Shown here: piece by piece, positions 1-9,815 of the stretch
Numbering within the stretch: position 1 is the stretch's first letter
How the letters are laid out: each line of letters starts with the position of its first letter
DNA from: Scenedesmus sp. PABB004
Lineage: Eukaryota
Reading direction: 5' to 3'
Assembly (NCBI GenBank): GCA_014905635.1
Contig: JABVCE010000037.1
Coordinates: 1-64,000, forward strand
DNA length: 64,000 nucleotides
Program-made: the position numbers and the translations under genes
The notes under the pieces: generated by a model
What the model was told of the DNA's origin: nothing
Seen by the model: the letters and a program-made list of their open reading frames with translations, nothing else
Database searches by the model: none

Positions 1-225
1 CCTAAACCCTAAACCCTAAACCCTAAACCCTAAACCCTAAACCCTAAACCCTAAACCCTAAACCCTAAACCCTAAACCCTAAACCCTAAACCCTAAACCC
101 TAAACCCTAAAACCCTAAACCCTAAACCCTAAACCCTAAAACCTAAACCCTAAACCTAAACCCTAAAAACCTAAAACCCTAAACCCTAAAACCTAAACCC
201 TAAACCCTAAACCTAAACCCTAAAC
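1..225. repeat. Telomere, (CCCTAAA)n = TTTAGGG on the minus strand
   Basis: Perfect 7-mer array from base 1. Variant units (CCTAAAA, CCTAAA) accumulate proximally from about 105, and the array ends abruptly at 225. Confidence 0.99.
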
Positions 226-600
226 TTGGACACGCCTGGAGCTCCAGGCATGTGAACGACGTTTTAACGCGGCGGTCAGCATCAGCGATAGCGGCGTCAC
301 GGCTGATACGGCAGCCCCTCGGGCTGATGATGTCAGCGCGGCGGTCAGCGTCAGCAGCGTCTCTGCTGGTGCGGCGGCCCCTCGGGCTGCCGTTACCGGC
401 GCGGCGAGTCGGTGTGCAGCACTGGAGCAGGCTCGGCGTTATCTGCTTGGTGACCTGCTGCAGGATCAGCTTGCTGTTCACTCTGTGGCAGATTATGTGA
501 TGGACATCTGGAAGATGCGGGACACCGTCCTTAAGGGGCGCGGGACCAATGGGCGCGAGCCCGTGGTGTAACTATCTTTATCTTTATCTTTATCTTTATC
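226..600 (+). mobile_element. 5'-truncated 3' end of a putative non-LTR retrotransposon (LINE)
   Basis: Stop-free frame 227-571 (WTRLELQ...RRYLLGDLLQDQLAVHSVADYVMDIWKMRDTVLKGRGTNGREPVV*), absent from the ORF track. The LLG...IWxxR pattern resembles LINE ORF2 C-termini. The stop is followed by (TATCTT)4+TATC at 573-600. GC is lower than in host genes. Confidence 0.65.
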
Positions 601-611
601 CACGCAACTTG

Positions 612-632
612 TTACAAAGTGACTAGTTTACA
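612..632 (-). terminator. Two TGTAA polyadenylation signals for the minus-strand gene ending at 1042
   Basis: TTACA at 612-616 and 628-632; TGTAA is the established chlorophyte poly(A) signal. Confidence 0.6.
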
Positions 633-1041
633 ATCGGCCTCAAAGCCCGGACGTGTGCAGCCCGGCCCGGCTGCCGCGCAACCGCCCGGCGCTGCCCAGC
701 AGCCCACGCTCGGTGTTGCTGGCCCCGCCCTCAACCTTGTTCCCAGACCACCGGTATGCACCGGTAAGGTTTCGTCATCCCAGTGCAAGTGCACCTTGCC
801 CCCCTGCCCCTCGCCCCCCTGCCCCCGTTGGCCCCCCCTTGCCACCGGCGCCTCCGCGTGAAGCACGCAACAATGCTGCAGCAATGCCATGATATGAGGC
901 TGTCAGCCAAGCCCGCCGCAGAACCAGGAGCGCGCTCGTCAAAGCCCGAAGCGCGGCGCGCAAGTTGCCCCTTCTTCAAGATGCAGTGCAAGTGATATGG
1001 CATACGGCCACACGATGCCCCCCCGCGCGCGCGGTCGGCGC

Positions 1042-4000
1042 TCACACGCCCGAAGCGCCGGGCCCCACCCCGGCTGCCTTGCCCGGCGAGCCAAAGGTGT
1101 GGGCGGCGCGGTCGTAGAGGCCCGACCGCTGCACCTTGAGCTTGCGCACCTCCAGCAGCACCCCCGCGAGCACCAGCGCGCACGTGACGGCGAGGGCGGG
1201 GCCGAGCCAGTAGGCGAGCGGCACGCCGTCAGAGAGGTCAGTGAAGAGGGAGATGCCCATGTACGAGGCAGCGGTGCCTGCGGCGGGGCAGCGGCAGCGG
1301 CGGCGTTGGCCGAGGCGACGCCAAGGCGCGCCCCGCCGGGGCCGGGGCGTCGCGGCGCCGCGCCCCCCGACCACCCGAGGGCCAGGCACCACCCACCCAT
1401 GAGCAACGTGAGCCAGCCGAACGCCTGGTGCGCGCGCCGCCAGAGCGGGCGGCGCGGGGCGCCGAGGTGGGGGCGCAGCGCCCCGAGCACGGCCTGCACG
1501 AGCATCATCGCCACCGCCGTCATGCCGACGGCGCGGTGCCCTGCGCGCGGCGGCCGCGGGGCAGCTCAGGCCCGTAGCCCGCAGCGCGCCGGGCTGGCGC
1601 GCGCGCTGCTAGCCCGAGCCGCACGCCGCGCACCCGTGTAGTAGGTGACGGTGTCGGCGCGGCCTGCCCACTTGAAGCGCGCGAAGATCAGCGCGATGCC
1701 CGCCAGCGCCAGCACCACGGCGGCAGCGTTCAGGCCGCGGTGCGCCCAGAACCAGCCGGCCCTGATCTTGCCCGTGCGCGCGTCGCCCAGCAGGTGCTTG
1801 TGCCGCGCGGCGAGCGCGGCGGTGGGCATGAGCAGCAGGAAGGCGGCCGCCATCAGCGCGCCGTGCGCGGCACGGAAGGCGAGCGAGTTGTCGCCGCCGT
1901 CCGGCACGACCATCGCCAGGCCCATGCCGCCCGACAGGTCGACGGCCACCGAGCCAGCGCGCGCGTGCCGCTCCAGCGTGTTGGACTTGCCGAGGGCCCA
2001 GTTGATCGGCAGGGCTGCGCGGCGGTGCGGCGGGCGGGCAGGGGCCGGTCAGCGGGGAGCCTCCGCCAGAGGCATGCCGCGCGCAGGCACGCGCGCCGCG
2101 CACGCGGCTGGCCGGGAGAGGCCGGGCGGGCGCTCACGTGCGGCCAGGTCGATGGGGGCGATGCTGGGCGCCTGCAGCAGGCTGCGGCCGCCGCCGGCGC
2201 TGCCGTCCACGGCGCGGGTGAAGCACACGATCTTGGCCTCGCCCTGGCTGGCGTAGCCCAGGTTCTGGGCCCAGCTCGACGCGTCGGCGGAGGGCACCGC
2301 GTACGCCGCGAGGTGGTAGCTGCGCACGCTCGGCACGCCGCCGTCGTCGCGACCGATGACGGCGTCGGCGGGCCACATCCGGCCCTGCTGCGTGGGGAAG
2401 CTCATCGCGACAAAGCCCGGCGTCGCGCCCTCCACCGCAAAGTGGACCAGCTTGGGCTGGCTGGGCGGCGCGGCCGGCGCCATGTCCGGCGCGGTGCCGG
2501 CGGAGCGCGTGCACGCGTTGGCGGGCGGCTGCGCGCCGCCGACGGTGAAGTGGATGCGCACGCCCTGAGCCGCGTCGACGACGCAGGCGTAGCCGAGCGG
2601 GGAGGGCGGGCAGGAGCCGGCGCCCGCCGCGCGCGACGCGGCCGGCTTGGCGGTGTCGTTTGTGGCCGACTCCTTGACGCTGGCGATGATGGGGCAGTTG
2701 ACCACGATGCCGGAGCGCGCGAGCGTCGCGTTGGAGCCGGGGTCGGCCGGGTTGAACGACGCGACGCGCCCCGCCGCGCTCAGCGCCTCCACATCCGCCA
2801 CCGACGTCTGGCGGTCGCCGGGCGCGCCGACCCACTTGGCCAGCTCGACGGCCCACAGCGGGCTGTACGCGGGGCTGCCGGGCGTGTTGGCGGCGATGTT
2901 GAGCGGGGACAGCCCGTCGCGGATGGCCGAGCGCAGGCCCTGGCGCTGCGGGTTCTCCACGCCCGTCTGGCCGTTGGTGAAGGCCACCAGGTCGATCAGC
3001 GCGCCGTCGGGCGTGTTGGCGAGGCCGGGCACGAGGGGGACGTTCTCCAGCGTCGCCGCGAGCGGGTCAGACGCGTCTGCGGCGGTGGGCGGGGGCGGGC
3101 GCAGCAGCGCAGGCGCAGGGTGGGTGACGGCCGCAGCGGGCCGGCGCAGCGGGGCCCCTGCTTGCCCGCTCACAGCGCGCGGCGCGTGCTGCGCGTGTCG
3201 CGCGCGCTCACCGGTGGAGATGTAGACGATGGGCTCGCCCTGGGAGAAGCCAGGCGTGAGCTGGAACACCACGCTGCCGCGGTCGGGCGCGATGGAGAGC
3301 ACCTTGGGGTGCGTGGTCAGGCGCCCGCTGGCAGACTGCATCGCCACCACCGGCGCGTTGAGGATGGTGCCATCGGGCAGCTGCAGCAGCGGGCTGTACC
3401 CTGCGGCGCGCGTGCGGCGGCGGGCGGCGCGGCGCCGTCAGCTGGGCGTTGGCTGACGGGCGGTCAGGCCTGCAGCCGCGGCGCGGCGCGGCGCGGCGCG
3501 GCCCGCACCTGGCTGGCCCTGGGCGCTGTAGCTGAAGTTGGAGGGCGGGAAGGCGGTGGCGGGGTTGGGCGTGACGCTGCGGTTGCCGTGCGCAAAGTCG
3601 ACGCCCGCGCGCAGCTGCAGCACGACCGGCGGCGCGGCGGCGGTGCTGCCGGCGGGCAGGCTGGCGCGCTGCACCACGCGCGAGCCCTTGGCGGCCGCCA
3701 GGGACGGGGCGAGGTTGGCGCCCCAGTCGGCGGCAGCAGCTGGCGTGGAGGCCTCAGTCACGATGACCCATGCAGAGGTGTTGCCGGGCAGCTCCACGCG
3801 GTGCAGCGGCAGCCGCACCGAGAGCTTGTCCAGGTCGATGTCGGAGGCGCTCGGCAGGAACACCTCGCCCAGCTTGGACGCCGACTCCTTGACGCTGGCG
3901 ATGATGGGGCAGTTGACCACGATGCCGGAGCGCGCGAGCGTCGCGTTGGAGCCGGGGTCGGCCGGGTTGAACGACGCGACGCGCCCCGCCGCGCTCAGCG

Positions 4001-5189
4001 CCTCCACATCCGCCACCGACGTCTGGCGGTCGCCGGGCGCGCCGACCCACTTGGCCAGCTCGACGGCCCACAGCGGGCTGTACGCGGGGCTGCCGGGCGT
4101 GTTGGCGGCGATGTTGAGCGGGGACAGCCCGTCGCGGATGGCCGAGCGCAGGCCCTGGCGCTGCGGGTTCTCCACGCCCGTCTGGCCGTTGGTGAAGGCC
4201 ACCAGGTCGATCAGCGCGCCGTCGGGCGTGTTGGCGAGGCCGGGCACGAGGGGGACGTTCTCCAGCGTCGCCGCGAGCGGGTCAGACGCGTCTGCGGCGG
4301 TGGGCGGGGGCGGGCGCAGCAGCGCAGGCGCAGGGTGGGTGACGGCCGCAGCGGGCCGGCGCAGCGGGGCCCCTGCTTGCCCGCTCACAGCGCGCGGCGC
4401 GTGCTGCGCGTGTCGCGCGCGCTCACCGGTGGAGATGTAGACGATGGGCTCGCCCTGGGAGAAGCCAGGCGTGAGCTGGAACACCACGCTGCCGCGGTCG
4501 GGCGCGATGGAGAGCACCTTGGGGTGCGTGGTCAGGCGCCCGCTGGCAGACTGCATCGCCACCACCGGCGCGTTGAGGATGGTGCCATCGGGCAGCTGCA
4601 GCAGCGGGCTGTACCCTGCGGCGCGCGTGCGGCGGCGGGCGGCGCGGCGCCGTCAGCTGGGCGTTGGCTGACGGGCGGTCAGGCCTGCAGCCGCGGCGCG
4701 GCGCGGCGCGGCGCGGCCCGCACCTGGCTGGCCCTGGGCGCTGTAGCTGAAGTTGGAGGGCGGGAAGGCGGTGGCGGGGTTGGGCGTGACGCTGCGGTTG
4801 CCGTGCGCAAAGTCGACGCCCGCGCGCAGCTGCAGCACGACCGGCGGCGCGGCGGCGGTGCTGCCGGCGGGCAGGCTGGCGCGCTGCACCACGCGCGAGC
4901 CCTTGGCGGCCGCCAGGGACGGGGCGAGGTTGGCGCCCCAGTCGGCGGCAGCAGCTGGCGTGGAGGCCTCAGTCACGATGACCCATGCAGAGGTGTTGCC
5001 GGGCAGCTCCACGCGGTGCAGCGGCAGCCGCACCGAGAGCTTGTCCAGGTCGATGTCGGAGGCGCTCGGCAGGAACACCTCGCCCAGCTTGGGCGCCTGG
5101 GCACCATGCACGGCGCCGGCGAACGCGGCGGCGACAAGCGCCAGCAGCAGGAGCGCAGGCGCGCCCATTCGGGCTGTCGGCGCGGCCAT
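1042..5189 (-). CDS. Signal peptide + two copies of a ~324-aa uncharacterised extracellular domain + DOMON + cytochrome b561 (8 exons)
   Basis: Exons about 5189-4724, 4615-4427, 4291-3509, 3400-3212, 3076-2138, 2014-~1635, ~1540-~1393, ~1278-1042 with GT-AG introns. DOMON motifs GRMWPADAVIG and INWALG...ERH. b561 His motifs AHGALM, WFWAHRGL, HRAVG, WRRAHQAFG. Confidence 0.85.
2665..5094. repeat. Essentially identical 1215-bp tandem duplication (2665-3879 / 3880-5094) inside the gene, introns included
   Basis: Paired ORFs offset by exactly 1215 nt give identical translations; intron text is the same in both copies. Confidence 0.95.
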
Positions 5190-5667
5190 CGTGCGAGGGT
5201 TGGTTCGGTCTCGCGATCGCGGCCCGCGCACAAGAGGCGGCGCCGGCGATGGAGGCGCGGCGGCTGCCCGAGTGCCACCGGTGGAGCCAGCAGCATCAGC
5301 AAACACCGCGCCCCCCAGGCCGCATCGGCGGGGCCGTGCGGCTCACGCGAACGTCCAGGAGCTGCACACCACCGCGCTGGTGCTGTCGGAGCTGCCGCGC
5401 GGCGTGCTCCGGCGGCGCGGCCGCCGGTGAGGTGCGCTTCGGCGCAATCCGGTACGGCTGCGCGCGGGGCCGCTGAGTGCTGCCGTGGTGCTGCCACCTG
5501 GTGGCAGTGCTGCTGCGGGGCCGCAGAATACTCCTTACCAAGATCCACACGCCTCCCTACGCCACTGCGCGCGCGCGCTGCGCGCGCCGGCGCTGCGCTC
5601 GCCGCGGCCCGCCCGCGAGCATGCGCCCTGTCGCTGCCCCTGCCCGGCCCGCTGCCCTGTCGGCACG

Positions 5668-6875
5668 TCAGTTGGGCACCTCCATGCCGAAGTAGCGCTT
5701 CACGCTCGAGGGCAGGCTCTTGGCGAGCACCTTGGTGTCGCCGAGGCTGTAGCCGCCGGTGCGCTGGTAGCGAATCGCCTCGATGGCCAGGCCCTCCGTC
5801 ACCTTCTGCGGCACGATGCCCAGCTCCGAGTAGCCCAGCGAACCTGCCGCGCGGCGCGGCACGGCGCGGCGCAGCGTGCGTCAGCAGCTGGCAGGGGGGG
5901 GGGGGCGCCCGCGCGCGCAGGCCCTGCCGGCCCGGCCGCGCGCAGGCGCGCCACCGCGGCCGCGGCGCCCCACCCTCTGGCGCGAGCTTGTCCCTGCTGA
6001 TCTCGTCCACGTAGTCGCCGGTGTACATGTAGTTGCGCCCCGGCATGGGCGGGATCTGCGGCCGCCACGCGCGCGACCGGGAGTTGGCGCGCCGCGCTCG
6101 GGCGGCTGGCCCCCCGCGCGCGCGGCGCCTGCAGCGCGTCCCCCGCCTGCCCGCGCGTGCGGCACACCGCGCCCCGTGCCCGCCGCCGCACCTTGCGGCG
6201 CAGCGCGTCGCCGGGTGCGTACGCGGCCTTGGCCAGCGCGGCGGGGACGTACATCGTGGTGTCCTCCATCACGTGCAGGCAGTCCTGGATGAGGCGCACC
6301 ATGTCACGCAGCCTGGGCGCCGCGCCGCGGCGGCGGCGCGCGCGCGCGTGCATGAGGCGCGGCGTGGCGGGGCAGGCAGGCGGGGCGCTGCGCCGCCGGG
6401 CCCGCGCCGCGCCGCCCGCTCACGAGACGGTCTCCGGGCCGGCGAGGTAGTAGTCCTTGCCCACGGCGTCGCGGCTCTCCAGGCTCGCCGCCACCGCCGC
6501 CGCGACGTCGGTGACGTGCGTGGGCTGCGCGCGGTGCTTGCCGTCATCCACCAGCCACACGCTGGCGTTGAACTTGACCTGCGGCACCCCGCGGCGGTGC
6601 GGTGTGAGGGCGGCGGTGCCGTGAGGGCGGCGCGCGTGGGCGGCGCGCGCCGGAAGCATGGCGCCGCAGCAGCCGCAGCGGGTGTCGCGCGCCCGACCCT
6701 GCGTACCCCCCCCCCCCCACACACACACACACCCACACACCCACACATCACCCCACCTGGAAGAGCAGGTTGTTCATAAAGTCGTCCTCATCACCCAGGA
6801 TGGTCGACGGCCTGGCAGCACACACCGCCACCGCGGGCGCGCGCGGCGAGTCAGTGCGGCTGTGCAGCGCGCGCG

Positions 6876-6951
<76 letters not shown>

Positions 6952-7959
6952 GTGTGCCGCCTCGCAGCCGCCCCCGTGCCGCCAGCGCGCGGCGCGGCGC
7001 GCGCACTTGAAGATGGTCGCGCCCGGCACCGCCGCGCGCAGCGCCGCGTCGCCGGCGGCCTTGCTGGCCATGCGGCGCGAGGGGTGGTCGGGCGCGGCGC
7101 CCATGTCGCTGAAGTGCACCACCCGCTCCACGCCGGGCGCGGCCGCGACGATCTCGCCCAGGCGCGCGGGCCAGGTCGCGTGGACGTCCTCAAAGCTGAA
7201 GTTGCGCGTCTCCAGGCTGCTGCCGACCAGGTTGATGACCACGTTGCTGCGCGCGATCGCCGCCGCCGTCATCTCGTCGTCGTGCAGGTGCCAGCCCTTG
7301 AGCAGCACCACCTGCCGCGCCGCGCGGGGCGGGGCCGGCCGGGCGGCGGCGGGCGGCTCGGGCGCGGCGCGCGCGAGCGCGAGCGCGGCGGGCGGCGCGC
7401 GCGCCGCTCGCGCGCCGAGGGCCGCGGCTGGCGCGCGCCGCGCGCCTGGCCGAGGTCGCCCATCTGGCGCAGCGGCAGCGCCTTCTCCTCTAGGCTGCGG
7501 AAGGGGCAGATGACCTGCGTGCCGCGGCGCGCGAGCTCGTTGACGACGTACTTGCCGACAAAGCCCGTCGCGCCAAACACGGTCGCGACGCCGCCGCTGA
7601 CGGACGACCGGTTGCCGGGGCCGCCGACGACGCCCGGGTTGACATTGTGCAGCGCGAGGTGCGACGCCGCGCGCAGGCCCGCGCACGCGGCCGCCGCCGC
7701 GGCATGGCCTGCGCAGGCGCGGGACAGCGCGGCGCGGCCGGCGGGTCGGCTGCTGCCCCCAGCGCGTCCTGGCCTGCGCTCCCGCTGCAGCTGCGGCAGC
7801 CGATGAGCCCGCTGCCGCCGGCACGCGCGCTGCGCGTGGAGGAGGGCAGCGCCGTTGCTGCGCGCCGCCGCCGCTGCTGCGTGCCGCCGCGCCCGCCGCC
7901 AGCGCGCCGTGCCCACCGGTGGCCAGCTGCTGCAGGAGGGGCGCCGCCAGCCTCATCAT
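5668..7959 (-). CDS. NDUFA9: Mitochondrial complex I 39-kDa subunit
   Basis: [96 protein letters not shown]. Confidence 0.95.
6867..6948. repeat. Compound microsatellite (GC)12(GA)29 in an NDUFA9 intron
   Basis: Directly visible. Confidence 0.95.
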
Positions 7960-8396
7960 AGGGGCCCGGTGCCCAGCCCGCACGCCGGGGGCTGCAGGGC
8001 CCGCAATCGGATCGCCGCTGCTCGCTCCGCCTGCGCCCGCTGCGCCTGCTGCGCCGCGGGCCGTGGAGGGCCGCGCGGCGGCCTCCTGAGCGCCGAGCCC
8101 GCGCCGCAGACGCGCTGGGGCGTGAGGCGCGGGGTGCGGCCGGGCGCTGCTGCTGCTGCTCGTCCGCGCGGGCGTCGGATTGGGCCTGCGCGGCTGTCCG
8201 GGAGAGTTGGCCTGCCCTCGAGAGCGGCAGATCAAGCGGCAACAGCTGGGAAGCGAGCGGTCGCGTGTGCAGGCGCCACAAGGGCGCTTGGCCCTCGGTG
8301 CGCTCCGCCAGTCTGCCAGTGCAGCCGCACCGCACCCGGGCGCGCCGCCGTCCGCGCGCCGCCGTCCGCGCGCCGCTGCGCGCCCGCTCCGGCACA

Positions 8397-8927
8397 CAGC
8401 GCGCGCCGTCCTCGCCCTTGATCTGGTGCACCTTCTCCTTGGCCGCCTCGTCCTCGGCCGTCTCCTGGCGCGTGGCCTTGACCAGCGCCTCGCGGTCCTC
8501 GCCCACGGCGTAGCGCCACTGCGGGCGGCGGCGGCGGGCGCGCGCGTGTGAGCGGTGCGGGGCGGGCCGCGCGGGCGGCTGGGCCCGAGGGCATGTGCTC
8601 GCGACCGGGCGGCAGGGGCCCGCGCGCGCGGCAGGCCGCCCGGCGGCCGCGCCGCGCCCAGGCAGCTGCGCGCGCGCGCTGGGCCGCCGCGCGTTGCAGG
8701 CAGAGGCGCGGCGAACGGCGGCGCGCTGGCGGCGCCGTGGCGAGGACCGGCACGCGCGGGCGTGAGTGCGGCAAAGTGCGGGTGCGATGCCATCGCGCGC
8801 CCGCGCGGGCGCGCGGCGCGCCCGCGCGGCCGCGCGCCCGCCAACCACAAAACGCGCGTCCAAACCCGACCGAAACACGCCCCAAACGGCCGCGCCGCAC
8901 CTGGATATACTCGTTGGGCGTCTTGTC
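8397..8927 (-). pseudogene. Duplicated internal fragment of the eEF3 gene (source about 11024-11428)
   Basis: Encodes [10 protein letters not shown]|intron|[39 protein letters not shown], nearly identical to the eEF3 exons and intron, without the rest of the gene. Confidence 0.85.
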
Positions 8928-9815
8928 CAGCACCTGACCGGGGGGCGCGCGGGGCGACCAGGGCGCGGGCGGCGACGCGCGGGGCTGACCCCGCAGACCC
9001 CGGGCAGGCTGCAGCGTGTCCCGCGGCTTGTGTTACCACTTTGATCCTCACTGGGGTCGGCGCGAACCCACGCGCTGGCGCACACGGCGCCAGCGCGGCT
9101 CAAGCGCCGAGGCCCCGCGCACCGCGAGGGCGCGCGATCGCCACGATTGCTGCGGGACGGGACGGGACGGGAAGAGGCAGACGCCGCCTAGAACGCACAT
9201 ACGCTAAGAGCCCTAGTTTGCCAGGTGTTTAGCCGCCCCGCGCGCCGGCCCGCGCCGCGCGACGCCAAATCCCACACACAGCCGCCGGCCGGCGCGCGCG
9301 CCGCCGGGCACCGCGCCGCCGGGCAGCCCGCGCTGCCCCGCCGGCGCGCTCCTTATTCAGCCTTGGCTGAAAGCGAGCCAAGTGCTGGCCACGCACGCAC
9401 GTGAGCCGCTGCCGCGGTGCCCTTCGCAGCACCGCCCCGCCAAGAGAGCGCTGCTGCTGCTGGCCCCTGCCCGCGCGCGCCGGCGCGCGCCGCTGCGCCG
9501 GAACGGCCAGCCGCGGCGGCGCGGCGCGGCGCGCAATGCACACACTCTCTGGGCGGGTGTGGGGTGTTTTAGTCGCAGCCCAGCAGGCACAGGTCGCCAA
9601 TATGGCGCGATGCGCAGCGCACACACACGCACACGCGCGCGCTCCCTCTCGGCCGCGGGCCGGCCGCCCAGCGCGTCCTGAGCTGCAGCAGGCGCTGGAG
9701 CGACGAATGGGCCAGCAGCAGGTAACGCCGCCGCAGCGCCGCCGGGCCGCGCGCTGGCGCGCGCTCGCGCCCGCGCGCGGCCCGCCGCCGCGCTGCCGCA
9801 CCACCAGCAGCCAGC

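Noticed and set aside
1740..6014. 1424-aa plus-strand ORF and the many other long Arg/Ala/Gly/Pro-rich ORFs
   Set aside because: Antisense or off-frame shadows of real genes; stops are rare at this GC content and the translations have no recognisable motifs.
6867..6948. (GC)n(GA)n tract as a functional Z-DNA/triplex element
   Set aside because: Ordinary intronic microsatellite; no evidence of function from sequence alone.
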